A stretch of DNA of 64,000 bases from an uncultured Bacilli bacterium (lineage in GTDB: Bacteria; Bacillota_I; Bacilli_A; RF39; UBA660). This document shows positions 44,685-54,158 of the stretch, in pieces. Position 1 is the first letter of the stretch; each line of letters begins with the position of its first letter. The notes beneath the pieces were generated by a model. It saw only the letters and a program-made list of their open reading frames with translations. It was not told the origin of the DNA and did no database searches. Where the stretch lies: positions 10,986 through 74,985 of the forward strand of contig CANRFQ010000003.1 in the NCBI GenBank assembly GCA_947629935.1, in the 5' to 3' direction. The position numbers and the translations under genes were made by a program.

Positions 44685-45239
44685 ATGACAAGAGTTAAAG
44701 GTGGAACTGTTTCTAAAAACAGAAGAAGAAAAGTTTTAAAACAAGCAAAAGGTTATTTTGGTAGTAAACATAGATTATATAAAACTGCCCAAGAACAACT
44801 ATTCCATAGTGGAGCTTATGCTTATCGTGATCGTAAAGCAAATAAAAGAAACTTCCGCAAATTATGGATTACACGTATTAATGCGGCATGCCGTACCAAT
44901 GAAATTAGTTATTCTAAATTCATAAACGGTTTAAACATTGCGGGTGTTACTATAAATCGTAAAATGTTAGCCGAAGTTGCTATTGATAGTCCCGAAAGTT
45001 TTACAAATTTAGTAGCTATTGCTAAAGATGCTCTAAAATCTGGTAAAACTGTTAAAGAAGTTAAAAATGAAGAAAAAACGGAAGCTAAACCTGTAGCTAA
45101 AAAAGAAGCTTCTGGTAAAGATGCCAAAAAAGATTATAGTAAAATGACTTTAACTGAACTTAAAGCTATTGCTAAAGAACAGGGTATTAAAGGTTATTCA
45201 ACGATGAAAAAAGATGAATTAATTAATAATTTAAAATAA
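44685..45239 (+). CDS. rplT: 50S ribosomal protein L20 with a C-terminal extension of about 65 aa containing a Rho_N-like motif
   Basis: Residues 1-119 match L20 ([29 protein letters not shown]…[11 protein letters not shown]…). The extra tail …[31 protein letters not shown] matches the Rho N-terminal domain pattern (L.EL..LA.E.GI.G.S.M.K.ELI). Confidence 0.8.
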   Translation: MTRVKGGTVSKNRRRKVLKQAKGYFGSKHRLYKTAQEQLFHSGAYAYRDRKANKRNFRKLWITRINAACRTNEISYSKFINGLNIAGVTINRKMLAEVAIDSPESFTNLVAIAKDALKSGKTVKEVKNEEKTEAKPVAKKEASGKDAKKDYSKMTLTELKAIAKEQGIKGYSTMKKDELINNLK

Positions 45240-45257
45240 GCTCTCTGAGCTTTTTTT
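45238..45257 (+). terminator. Rho-independent terminator after rplT
   Basis: aagctc-tct-gagctt followed by TTTTTT. Confidence 0.6.
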
Positions 45258-45306
45258 AGTTTGGATAATTTTCTACATGACAATATAATGTAAATTTTGT
45301 TTATAA

Positions 45307-45705
45307 TTGTTTACATGTATAAAAACAAAAAGTCAAAATGATTATGTAAACATTTCAATTAAATTTTTAGTGAGAATTATTTTATATATTATAGTATTTA
45401 TAACTAATAATCCTTTAGTTTTAATAATTGCAATGGGATATACTTTAATTACAAATATTTCTTATAGTAACTTAATATCCGGATTTATGACCAATAATAT
45501 TAAAGAAAACTATGTTTTAGATTTTACAGTAATAAATTACATATTTCAATTAATAGGTGAAGCTATAGGAATATACATTGCAGGAATTATATTTAATTAT
45601 GGATTTGCTAAATTACTATTAGTTGCCGCAGGATTTATGATAGTTCAGTTAATAATGGCATATTATATTATTTATCGAAAAAGACAAAAATTAAAACAGC
45701 CTTAA
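45307..45705 (+). CDS. Hypothetical small membrane protein
   Basis: 3-4 hydrophobic helices. The start is uncertain. Confidence 0.3.
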   Translation: MFTCIKTKSQNDYVNISIKFLVRIILYIIVFITNNPLVLIIAMGYTLITNISYSNLISGFMTNNIKENYVLDFTVINYIFQLIGEAIGIYIAGIIFNYGFAKLLLVAAGFMIVQLIMAYYIIYRKRQKLKQP

Positions 45706-45800
45706 ATATTTTTTAAGGTTGTTTTAATTATAAAGATATATTATAATATGAACCAATAAAAAAGAAGATAATTCGTCCTTTTAAACAAGGAGGGGGACTT

Positions 45801-46850
45801 ATGACTTATTTAGAAATAATGAAAAAAGCTTTAGATTACTATATAAATGAGCCATATAATAAAAAATTTAATCAATTTTGGCAAAATGAGTATTATTTAG
45901 AATCAAAAGAAAATAAGCCAAAGATAAAACAAGAATATAAAGATTTACAAGCATATTTAATATTTAAAACGCTTTATTCTAAAAAACTTTTAACTAAAGA
46001 ACAAATTAATAAGTTAAAAAAATTAGAAATAAAATTAACTACTTTCAATCCTGCACTTCGTGACCTTCATTATCTTTCACAAATGCAGATCAATGCTGCT
46101 GTAGATCCTTATTATTATGATTCTTTATGTTTACTTAAAACGGAAGAATTATCTGATGAAAAACGACAAGAGTTAGAAGATTATATTAATGGTAATATTA
46201 CCTGGGATAAAGATTCCATTGGTATTATTCAAACACCTATTGAACAAATTATTACGGAAACTTGTGTAATATTAGGAGATTTATTTTTTAGCGAACAAAG
46301 TTACAAATATATTCCTAAAGAATACTATATTGAAAATGCTAAGCTACGTCAGGAATGTTATGAGTTATTAAATGCTAACATTTGAAACAAACACTTGGAG
46401 GTAGATGATTATAAGTCTTTATATTTTTCTGTCAAAGCATTAAATGTTATTTTAGATTTAGCCAAAGCTGGTAAAGAAGATTGGCTTTCTAAATTAGAAA
46501 AAATTGATACATCTTATACTCGAAATTCAAATTTGCGTGTTAGTAATCCCATGATAAGTATTATATTTAATTCCAAAAAAGTTAATGCTTTAAATCTACA
46601 AACCAATGCTTTTGAAAATACTTTAAATAATTTGTATCTCAATTTCTTTTTAGGTGATAATTCTTATATAAATAAATTTTCTGATAGTCAAATATCTTTA
46701 TTGTTATTTTATTATTTTAAAGATAATAACAGTCCCAATATAATTGCCGATATTATTGCAAATCAAGATAAATTGTTCCAAACATTAAACACTACAGAAA
46801 AAGATTACATTAAAGGAGAACACTTACGAAAATTAATTAAAAGTAATTGA
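45801..46850 (+). pseudogene. Hypothetical gene interrupted by a single in-frame TGA at 46383..46385 (track ORFs 45801..46385 and 46395..46850 share one frame)
   Basis: A strong RBS AAGGAGGGGGA precedes 45801. The second ORF has only a TTG and no RBS, and the two frames are identical (…LLNANI*NKHLEVDDYK…). This is a nonsense mutation or a readthrough site. Confidence 0.4.
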
Positions 46851-46889
46851 AATAATTAAAAAAATAAGATAAAATAAATCTAGAAATTG

Positions 46890-47085
46890 TTGATTAGGAC
46901 ATGTTAATTAAAGCTCTTAAATAAAGTGATTTAGGAATAGTGAGAACCTAAAGTTAACCTTTAATTAATCCTACCTAGGAATGTAGTTAATACCTACCGG
47001 ATAAAACCGTTATCTTAAATCAAGTGAAAAAAAGGATGGTACCGCATTATTTGCTCCTTGCAAGTAGTGTGGTTTTTATTTTAGG
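46890..47085 (+). promoter_or_regulatory. T-box riboswitch leader for proS (probable specifier codon CCU), ending in a terminator
   Basis: A conserved T-box sequence AAAAAGGATGGTACCGCA at about 47028..47046, whose 3' half is embedded in the terminator. The terminator has a 13-bp stem, CCGCAUUAUUUGC/GCAAGUAGUGUGG with G·U pairs, followed by UUUUUAUUUU. AGTGAGA (an AGAGA-like box) sits in stem I. CCT followed by A in the aattaatCCTAcc loop is the candidate specifier. Confidence 0.5.
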
Positions 47086-47099
47086 AAGAAGGGAAAATA

Positions 47100-48383
47100 A
47101 TGAAATTAAGTCGTTTAAATATTAAAAAAATTAATTTAAATGATGTGTCTGATAATTATGCAGGTCAAGACATTCTAATGAAGTTAGGAGAACTTTATCA
47201 GTTTGAAAGTGGTATTTATGGTTATGGTAATATCTGGACTAAATTAGAAAGAGTAGTTGAAGATATTATTATTGATGAATTAGATAAAGCCGGTTGTATT
47301 CAAGTGGAATTTCCTAAATTACAACCACGAAAAATTTGGGATCAATCTAAACGTTGGGATATGTATACTAAAGATGGGGACATTATGTTTACTTTAAATA
47401 ATAATTTAGGGGAATATGGTCTTGCTCCTACGGCGGAAGAATGTGCCACTTTATTTGGAGCTAATCGCCTGCCTTCTTATAAAAATTTACCAACTACTTA
47501 TTATCAAATAGGAGAAAAATTTCGTAAAGAAATAAGAGCTCGTGGTTATTTGTTTCGTCCTCGTACTTTCGTGATGATGGATGCTTATTCCTTTGATAAA
47601 ACAGAGGAAGATATGCGTAAAACTTATGAGTTAATGCATGAAGTTTATTTAAAAATATTTGCTCGATTAGGTATTAAAATTATTCCTACTGTAAGTGATA
47701 ATGGGGTAATAGGTGGAAGTGTTGCGGAAGAATTCCAAGCTATTACTAAATTGGGCGAAGATAATATTTTATATGATGAGCAAACAAATATTGGTTTAAA
47801 TAAGGAAGTTCTAGAATTTGCAAATAAAGAAGAGTATTTAAAACAATTAAATATTACCGATATTAATAATTTAAAAGAATATCCTGCGGTTGAACTAGGA
47901 AATAATTTTCAATTAGGTACTAAATATTCGGAAAGCATGCAATTATACTATGTTGATGAAGAGGGGAAACAAAAACCTTACTATATGGGATGTTATGGTA
48001 TTGGTTTAGGACGTATTATTGCTTGTTTAATTGAAAATAATATTATTTTCAAAAATGAAAAAGTTAAAGGCTTTTCTTTACCATATAACATTGCTTATTA
48101 TAAAGTACAAATTATTTATAATGAGCAAAACCAAGAAAAAGCTGAAGAACTATATCAGGAGCTCGTGGCTAGTGGAGTAAAAGCTATTCTTGATGACCGT
48201 GAAAATTTAAATATTGGTAATAGAATTAATGATGTCTATGTTTTAGGTACGCCAACAATGATTGTTTTAGGTAATAAATTTAATGATACAGAGTATGAAG
48301 TAGAGCATACTAAAGATGGTCAAGTAACTAAAGTTTTAAAAAAAGATATAATTTCATACTTTCTAAATAAAAATAAAAATTAA
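47100..48383 (+). CDS. proS: Prolyl-tRNA synthetase, short form (427 aa, lacking the bacterial INS editing insertion)
   Basis: Class II motif 2, FRKEIRARGYLFRPRTFVMMDAYSF, matches the ProRS IR.E.RPR.G..R.REF.MKDAYSF. The N-terminus LMKLGELYQFESGIYGYG resembles the ProRS …LRAGFIRQ.ASGIY. The upstream T-box is consistent with the CCU specifier. Confidence 0.7.
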   Translation: MKLSRLNIKKINLNDVSDNYAGQDILMKLGELYQFESGIYGYGNIWTKLERVVEDIIIDELDKAGCIQVEFPKLQPRKIWDQSKRWDMYTKDGDIMFTLNNNLGEYGLAPTAEECATLFGANRLPSYKNLPTTYYQIGEKFRKEIRARGYLFRPRTFVMMDAYSFDKTEEDMRKTYELMHEVYLKIFARLGIKIIPTVSDNGVIGGSVAEEFQAITKLGEDNILYDEQTNIGLNKEVLEFANKEEYLKQLNITDINNLKEYPAVELGNNFQLGTKYSESMQLYYVDEEGKQKPYYMGCYGIGLGRIIACLIENNIIFKNEKVKGFSLPYNIAYYKVQIIYNEQNQEKAEELYQELVASGVKAILDDRENLNIGNRINDVYVLGTPTMIVLGNKFNDTEYEVEHTKDGQVTKVLKKDIISYFLNKNKN

Positions 48384-48446
48384 GCTTTGATAAATAAAAG
48401 TTGTATGTTATAATAGCAGATATATTTTAAAGGAAAAGGAGAAAAA

Positions 48447-48794
48447 ATGGAAAGTAAAGATATAGTTGAATTTAAAGATTTTATTTTTCTAAGTAATCAT
48501 AGCATTTTAGTAAAACAAACATCCTTAGACCCAGAATATAAGGATGATACTACTAATAACTTTGCTGTACTAGAAATAGGAACATTTAAAGTGAAAGCTT
48601 CACTTCATTTGGACAAAAATAGTATTTTATACAATTTAGTTGATATTCAAGGCGCTTTAACACCTGGGGAAATGCGCACTTTACTAACAATGATTGAAAA
48701 TGTAAACAATGCCTTTTTATATCCACAAGAAGAAGAAGCACCAGCTGTTTTACAGTTGAATAAAAGGGTTTTACAGGAAGGTAATCATGAGTAA
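48447..48794 (+). CDS. Hypothetical protein
   Basis: RBS AAAGGAGAAAAAATG. No family recognised. Confidence 0.35.
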   Translation: MESKDIVEFKDFIFLSNHSILVKQTSLDPEYKDDTTNNFAVLEIGTFKVKASLHLDKNSILYNLVDIQGALTPGEMRTLLTMIENVNNAFLYPQEEEAPAVLQLNKRVLQEGNHE

Positions 48795-49017
48795 TATTTT
48801 AGAAAAAGACTATCCCGAGTTAAATATTACTGAGCAAACTATTGAAAATATTAAAAAACATCCAAGATTATATAGAAATTCTCCAACGAGAATTTCTATG
48901 GGAAAAATTTATACTACCGAAGAATTTCAAAAAAGAAGCGATGAAATTTTAACTATGAGATTACCTGGAAATGAAAAATTGGTATTAAAAAGAGAAAGAA
49001 GTAAATGGAAGAGATAA
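48787..49017 (+). CDS. Hypothetical small basic protein (overlaps the upstream gene by 8 nt)
   Basis: Translational coupling with the upstream gene. No family recognised. Confidence 0.3.
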   Translation: MSNILEKDYPELNITEQTIENIKKHPRLYRNSPTRISMGKIYTTEEFQKRSDEILTMRLPGNEKLVLKRERSKWKR

Positions 49018-49091
49018 TCTTGCATTTATTTTTTTATTTGTATGTTTGTTTTTGCATAATATTTATTATATAATAATTATTGGTGATATAA

Positions 49092-50399
49092 ATGTTTGAA
49101 TACATGGGAGATAGATTAAGTGAAGCTATAAAAAATATTAAAGGCATGGGTAAAATAACAGAGCAAAATATAACTGAAGCTATGCGAGAAATAAGAATGG
49201 CTTTACTAGAAGCAGATGTTAATTATCAAGTAGTAAAAGAATTTACTAACAACGTTAAAGAAAAGGCTTTAGGTGAAGAGGTAGCTAAATCTTTAAAACC
49301 TGATGAATTATTTATTAAAATAGTTAAAGATGAACTGGTTAGTTTATTAGGAGAAGATTATGTTCCTTTAGAAGTAAATAAAAAGCCAACTATTTTAATG
49401 CTTGCAGGTTTACAAGGATCAGGAAAAACAACGACTAGTGGTAAGTTAGCTAATATGCTAAGAAAAAAACATAATAAAAAACCTTTACTAGTTGCTTGTG
49501 ATGTTTATCGTCCGGCCGCAATTGATCAATTAAAAGATATTGGAAAACAGCTTAATATTGAAGTTTACACAGAAGGTAAAAAAGACCCTGTCGAAATTGT
49601 TCAAAATGCTTTAGTATATGCCAAAGACAAAGGTTTTGATTATATTATTATTGATACGGCTGGTCGTTTACACGTTGATGAAGCTTTAATGGCTGAGCTT
49701 AAAAATATTTGTGAAATTGCTCATCCCGAAGAAGTTATTTTAGTTATTGATGCCATGATGGGTCAAGATGCCATTAATGTTATAACGGGATTTAATGAAG
49801 CTTTATCTCTAACAGGTTGTATTTTAACTAAACTAGATGGTGATACCAAAGGTGGTGTTGCCTTATCCGTAAGACATTTAACTAATGTTCCTATTAAATT
49901 TATTGGCGACTCCGAAAAAATGGATGGTCTTTCGGAATTTGTTCCGGTGCGTATGGCCGAGCGTATTTTAGGTATGGGAGATATCTTATCAATTGCCGAA
50001 AAAGTAGAAGGCGTAATATCCGAAGATGAAGCCAAAATGCAAGCTAAGAAAATGCGTCAAGGTAAATATGATTTAGAAGATTTCCTAGCCAATTTAAAAC
50101 AAATAAAAAAACTAGGCCCTCTTGAAAATATTATTAAAATGCTACCGGGTGCTCGTAAAATGGGTCTTAACAATATTAATATAGATCCTAAAGACATGGC
50201 TCATGTGGAGGCCATAGTATTATCTATGACGAAAGAAGAACGTCATCATCCGGAAATCTTAAAGGCTACTCGTAAACAAAGAATAGCCAAAGGTAGCGGA
50301 CGCTCTGTGGAAGAAGTCAATCGTTTATTAAAACAATTTGATCAAATGAAGCAAATGATGAAACAAATGAGTAGCGGAAATTTTAAAATGCCATTTTAG
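49092..50399 (+). CDS. ffh: Signal recognition particle protein Ffh
   Basis: N domain (…ALLEADVN…), G domain (LMLAGLQGSGKTTTSGKLA; DTAGRL), and a C-terminal Met-rich M domain (…MKQMMKQMSSG…). Confidence 0.9.
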   Translation: MFEYMGDRLSEAIKNIKGMGKITEQNITEAMREIRMALLEADVNYQVVKEFTNNVKEKALGEEVAKSLKPDELFIKIVKDELVSLLGEDYVPLEVNKKPTILMLAGLQGSGKTTTSGKLANMLRKKHNKKPLLVACDVYRPAAIDQLKDIGKQLNIEVYTEGKKDPVEIVQNALVYAKDKGFDYIIIDTAGRLHVDEALMAELKNICEIAHPEEVILVIDAMMGQDAINVITGFNEALSLTGCILTKLDGDTKGGVALSVRHLTNVPIKFIGDSEKMDGLSEFVPVRMAERILGMGDILSIAEKVEGVISEDEAKMQAKKMRQGKYDLEDFLANLKQIKKLGPLENIIKMLPGARKMGLNNINIDPKDMAHVEAIVLSMTKEERHHPEILKATRKQRIAKGSGRSVEEVNRLLKQFDQMKQMMKQMSSGNFKMPF

Positions 50400-50449
50400 A
50401 TTTAAATGTTGTTTTAGAGTATTCTAAAATAATGAGGAGTTGATATTAT

Positions 50450-52045
50450 ATGGATGATTATGAAATAGCTAGGAAGACCAATTTAAAACCAATTAAAGAA
50501 TTAATAAAAAAATATAATATAAAAGAAGATTTAATTGAAGAATACGGGAAGTATAAAGCAAAAATTGATTATACTAAGATTGCCAATAATAAGAAAGGCA
50601 AATTAATATTAGTTACATCTACTTCGCCAACGCCAAGCGGAGAAGGCAAGACTACTTTAGCTATTGGGATCAATGATGCCTTAAATAAACTAGACCGAAA
50701 TAGTATTGTAGCTTTAAGAGAACCTTCTTTAGGTCCCGTATTTGGCATTAAAGGAGGAGCTTGTGGTGGAGGCTATGCTCAAGTAGCACCTATGGATGAT
50801 ATTAATTTGCATTTTACTGGAGATATTCATGCTGTAACAGCTTGTAATAATTTATTGGCTTCGATTATTGATAATCATTTATATTGGGGTAATAAATTAA
50901 ATTTAGATGAACAGAAAATTGCTTTTAAAAGATGTTTAGATATTAACGATCGCGCTTTAAGAAATATTAAGCTTGCTAATCGAGAAGAATCTTTTAATAT
51001 ATCAACTGCTTCGGAAATAATGGCTATTTTATGTTTATCACAAAATATGGAAGATTTGAAAAAACGCTTAGGTGAAATATTTATTGGTTTTACGAAAGAT
51101 AATAAAAAAGTATTTGCTAAAGATTTAGATTGTGTAGGAGCTTTAGCTATCTTACTTAAAGACGCTTTAAAACCCAATTTGGTTCAAACCTTAGAAAATA
51201 ATTTAGCTCTTGTTCATGGCGGCCCTTTTGCTAATATTGCTCACGGAACTAATTCTATTATTTCTACTAATTTAGCTTTATCTTTAGCGGATTATGTTGT
51301 GTGTGAAGCTGGTTTCGGCAGTGATATGGGCGGTTTTAAATATTTTGATTTAATTAAACGTACCTTTAATTTAAATCCCCAAGTAGTTGTCATTAATACA
51401 ACTATTAAAGGTTTAAAATATAATGGTCATGACAATTTAAATGAAGGACTTGCTAATTTAGATTATCATGTTCAAAATATGCAAAAATTTAGTGGAAATA
51501 TTATTGTAGTTTTAAATGAATTTACTACCGATACCAAAGAGGAAATAGCTTTGTTAAAAGAAAGGTGTCAAAAACTTAAAGTGGCATTTGCTATTAGTCA
51601 AGCATTTAGTAAAGGTGGTGATGGTTGTCTTGATGTAGCTTCTAAAATAATTGATTTAGCTTCAAAAGAAATTAAAGGCATTTCTTTACCATATGATCTT
51701 CAAGATGATTTATTTACCAAAATAAAAAAAGTATGTACTAATTATTTAGCTGCTAAAGATGTAATGATTTCTGATAATATTAAAGATAAATTTACTTTAA
51801 TTGCTCAAAGTTTTCCAAATTTACCTATCTGTATTGCCAAAACTCAGTACTCAATTAGCGATAATAAAGATTTATTAGGATATCCTAAAAATCATATTAT
51901 GACAATTAGTGATATTGAAGTAGCAAATGGGGCAGGATTTATTGTCATTAGTATGGGAAGTATCCTGCGCATGCCTGGTTTAGCTAAAAAAGCCAATTAT
52001 TTAAACATGGATATAACTGATGATGGTATTAAAGGTTTATTTTAA
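50450..52045 (+). CDS. fhs: Formate-tetrahydrofolate ligase
   Basis: LVTSTSPTPSGEGKTTLAIG… is the FTHFS P-loop region; 531 aa (the normal length is about 555). Confidence 0.9.
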   Translation: MDDYEIARKTNLKPIKELIKKYNIKEDLIEEYGKYKAKIDYTKIANNKKGKLILVTSTSPTPSGEGKTTLAIGINDALNKLDRNSIVALREPSLGPVFGIKGGACGGGYAQVAPMDDINLHFTGDIHAVTACNNLLASIIDNHLYWGNKLNLDEQKIAFKRCLDINDRALRNIKLANREESFNISTASEIMAILCLSQNMEDLKKRLGEIFIGFTKDNKKVFAKDLDCVGALAILLKDALKPNLVQTLENNLALVHGGPFANIAHGTNSIISTNLALSLADYVVCEAGFGSDMGGFKYFDLIKRTFNLNPQVVVINTTIKGLKYNGHDNLNEGLANLDYHVQNMQKFSGNIIVVLNEFTTDTKEEIALLKERCQKLKVAFAISQAFSKGGDGCLDVASKIIDLASKEIKGISLPYDLQDDLFTKIKKVCTNYLAAKDVMISDNIKDKFTLIAQSFPNLPICIAKTQYSISDNKDLLGYPKNHIMTISDIEVANGAGFIVISMGSILRMPGLAKKANYLNMDITDDGIKGLF

Positions 52046-52082
52046 CTTGTTTTGCCTATACAGGATATTCAAGGTATTCATA

Positions 52083-52109
52083 AAATACACTAGAAAGGAT
52101 AGTGTATTT
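52083..52109 (+). promoter_or_regulatory. Stem-loop (9-bp stem aaatacact/agtgtattt) that presents the cotD-like RBS GAAAGGA in its loop; the ATG follows 2 nt after the stem
   Basis: Seen directly. The RBS-to-ATG spacing is 12 nt in linear sequence and is effectively shortened when the stem forms. The element may also act as a weak terminator for fhs. Confidence 0.3.
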
Positions 52110-52111
52110 TA

Positions 52112-52432
52112 ATGTTATTAAATAAGCGTTGTATGGATAAGAGTGAACAAATGGATTACGCTACAACTGGAGATTATAGTGCTATGAATATGGGTATGGG
52201 AGCAAATCCTTGTTGTGAAAATCAATTTCCAGGAGTGACTTGTCCACCAGTTTATGAATGTCCTCAAGTAAGATGTTGTCATCGTGAAATATTTCATGAA
52301 GTACCACATATTATACCAGTAGAAACTAAAATTATTAATCATCATATTTATCGTCACACTTATACACCTGCATATACTTGTTGTGAAGAAAATGAAGTGG
52401 CAAATGTTTACGATAATAAATGTTGTTTCTAA
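52112..52432 (+). CDS. CotD-like His/Cys/Pro-rich spore coat protein
   Basis: EVPHIIPVETKIINHHIYRHTYTP resembles the B. subtilis CotD IVPHIHPQHTTNVNHQHFQHVHYFPHT. There are 11 Cys residues, including CC pairs. Confidence 0.4.
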   Translation: MLLNKRCMDKSEQMDYATTGDYSAMNMGMGANPCCENQFPGVTCPPVYECPQVRCCHREIFHEVPHIIPVETKIINHHIYRHTYTPAYTCCEENEVANVYDNKCCF

Positions 52433-52433
52433 A

Positions 52434-52456
52434 AATCTCCAATGGAGATTTTTTCT
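52434..52456 (+). terminator. Rho-independent terminator
   Basis: aatctcc-aat-ggagatt followed by TTTTCTTT. Confidence 0.6.
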
Positions 52457-52524
52457 TTAAAATAAAATATGTTATACTAAACTTAGGAAAAGATAGGTAA
52501 ATTTATTTATTGTGAGGTGAAAGA

Positions 52525-53403
52525 ATGTCAGAAAAAGATTTTATTATCACAAAAGACTTAGATGAGGTGGCTAAAATACATAGCAATCCTCAATATGCAA
52601 CATGGAGGTGTGAGCATGTTGATGATGAATATAGGTTTTATTCTCCTACATATAAAAAGCAAGATGTTTTCACTAGAAAAAAAGTAAAAGAAGAAGAAAC
52701 ATATGCTACATTAGAACAGTTAGAGCCCTTATTATCAGAAACAGGTTATATATGGTTTGGACATGGGACAGGTAGAATGGGAAATTCTGATGATGTAGTT
52801 GATTCAATTTTTAGGGAAGGACTTAGAACCAAAGACAACTCTTTATATTTTACAGCTGTAGGATTAAGTACGCCAACGCCTGAGTTAAAAAAGCAATATA
52901 AAGAATTAGATTTACCAGAACCAACTATAGAAAGATTAAAAAATCAATTTAATAACTGGGAACATCTAGATTCGAAAAAAATTATAATTGCGAGAATACC
53001 TACAGAATATGTAAACAACATGGGGGATCGTTCAGATCGGGAAGGGGAAATGTTTGGTGCCTTTTATAATCAAAAACTCCAACCTAATGGTAAAAAAACT
53101 AATTATTTATCTCCAAAATTTATTGTAGGATGCTTTGATGTAGAAAAGCAAGCAGTGAGGTTAAATAAAAATTTTGAACAAACATTAAGTGAAGAAACAA
53201 TAGAGCAATTAAAATCGGGCTATGAAGAAGCCTTAGCAAAAACAAAAGCAAGATTAAGCAGTTTTTCAATCTATCCAATTAACCAACAAGAAGAGCAAAT
53301 CGCATCCCAAGAACCACAATCTTTCGATTTTGAATCGAATAATATTTTTGATTTTCCTGATTTAGAATGGGAAGATTTTAATACTATTGGTAAAGTAAAA
53401 TAG
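52525..53403 (+). CDS. Hypothetical protein
   Basis: RBS GTGAGGTGAAAGAATG. No family recognised. Confidence 0.4.
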   Translation: MSEKDFIITKDLDEVAKIHSNPQYATWRCEHVDDEYRFYSPTYKKQDVFTRKKVKEEETYATLEQLEPLLSETGYIWFGHGTGRMGNSDDVVDSIFREGLRTKDNSLYFTAVGLSTPTPELKKQYKELDLPEPTIERLKNQFNNWEHLDSKKIIIARIPTEYVNNMGDRSDREGEMFGAFYNQKLQPNGKKTNYLSPKFIVGCFDVEKQAVRLNKNFEQTLSEETIEQLKSGYEEALAKTKARLSSFSIYPINQQEEQIASQEPQSFDFESNNIFDFPDLEWEDFNTIGKVK

Positions 53404-53502
53404 AAAAATTGTATAGCCGAATATTAATAAAAATTTATTCTTAATTCTATCTTGAAAATCTCGTAAATATGTGTTAGTATAGCCACTATGTTGGAGGTTT
53501 AT

Positions 53503-54150
53503 ATGAATCTATTAGAAGAAAAAATAAATACATTTAAAAGCAATGAAGAATTAATGCAAAGTCGAACATTTCCAAATAGTGATGCGCAAAAACTTGATAT
53601 ATATGATATAGCTAATATTTCCAATGAAGCTATTATTGCTGATTTAAAAAAAACAGCCACTTTTAATTTTGCAGTGATAATTCCACTTATGAGAGATATT
53701 TATAGTAAATTAAATGGAAAGAATTATCAAGCAATATATCTATCTAGTTTAGAAGAAGAATCTTTATATATTCCTAATAAATTATTTTCTAGAGAAAAAA
53801 ATCTATATACGAGAAAAATAGCTTTAATTAACGAAGATTTTAAGCAAGATTCTTTATCAGATGAAGAATTATTAAAATTACAAGAGCAAGGGGACTTAAT
53901 AGTAATACTTTCTCAAAAATTAACAGCTAATAAATTAAAATCTCCTTTTCCTAAAAAATTTGAATATGATATTTGTAACTTATTTAGTACTGATGAAAAT
54001 AATATCTTTAATAAATTTATGAAAGAATTAATTAATCGAAAACTTGAGTTAAATACTTCTGAATTAAGTATTGAAGAAATGCAAAAAATTAAAGATGAAT
54101 TTCTTTTAAAACAACAAGGTCACACATTAACAAAAAAAATCTCAAAATAG
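53503..54150 (+). CDS. Hypothetical protein (the track ORF starts at a TTG at 53488; the ATG at 53503 has a GGAGG RBS)
   Basis: No family recognised. Confidence 0.35.
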   Translation: MNLLEEKINTFKSNEELMQSRTFPNSDAQKLDIYDIANISNEAIIADLKKTATFNFAVIIPLMRDIYSKLNGKNYQAIYLSSLEEESLYIPNKLFSREKNLYTRKIALINEDFKQDSLSDEELLKLQEQGDLIVILSQKLTANKLKSPFPKKFEYDICNLFSTDENNIFNKFMKELINRKLELNTSELSIEEMQKIKDEFLLKQQGHTLTKKISK

Positions 54151-54158
54151 AGATTTTT
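54135..54158. terminator. Bidirectional terminator (9-bp stem aaaaatctc/gagattttt) between convergent genes; it contains the plus-strand gene's stop codon
   Basis: Seen directly. It has an A-run on one side and a T-run on the other. Confidence 0.6.

Noticed and set aside
46383-46385. The idea that TGA encodes Trp (genetic code 4, Mollicutes-like) given the very low GC
   Set aside because: TGA terminates several well-conserved proteins at their expected C-termini (for example relA at 8630..8632). Long ORFs are intact under the standard code. There is peptidoglycan machinery (MurJ-like, PrsA) and there are sporulation genes. The single in-frame TGA is better explained as a nonsense mutation or readthrough.
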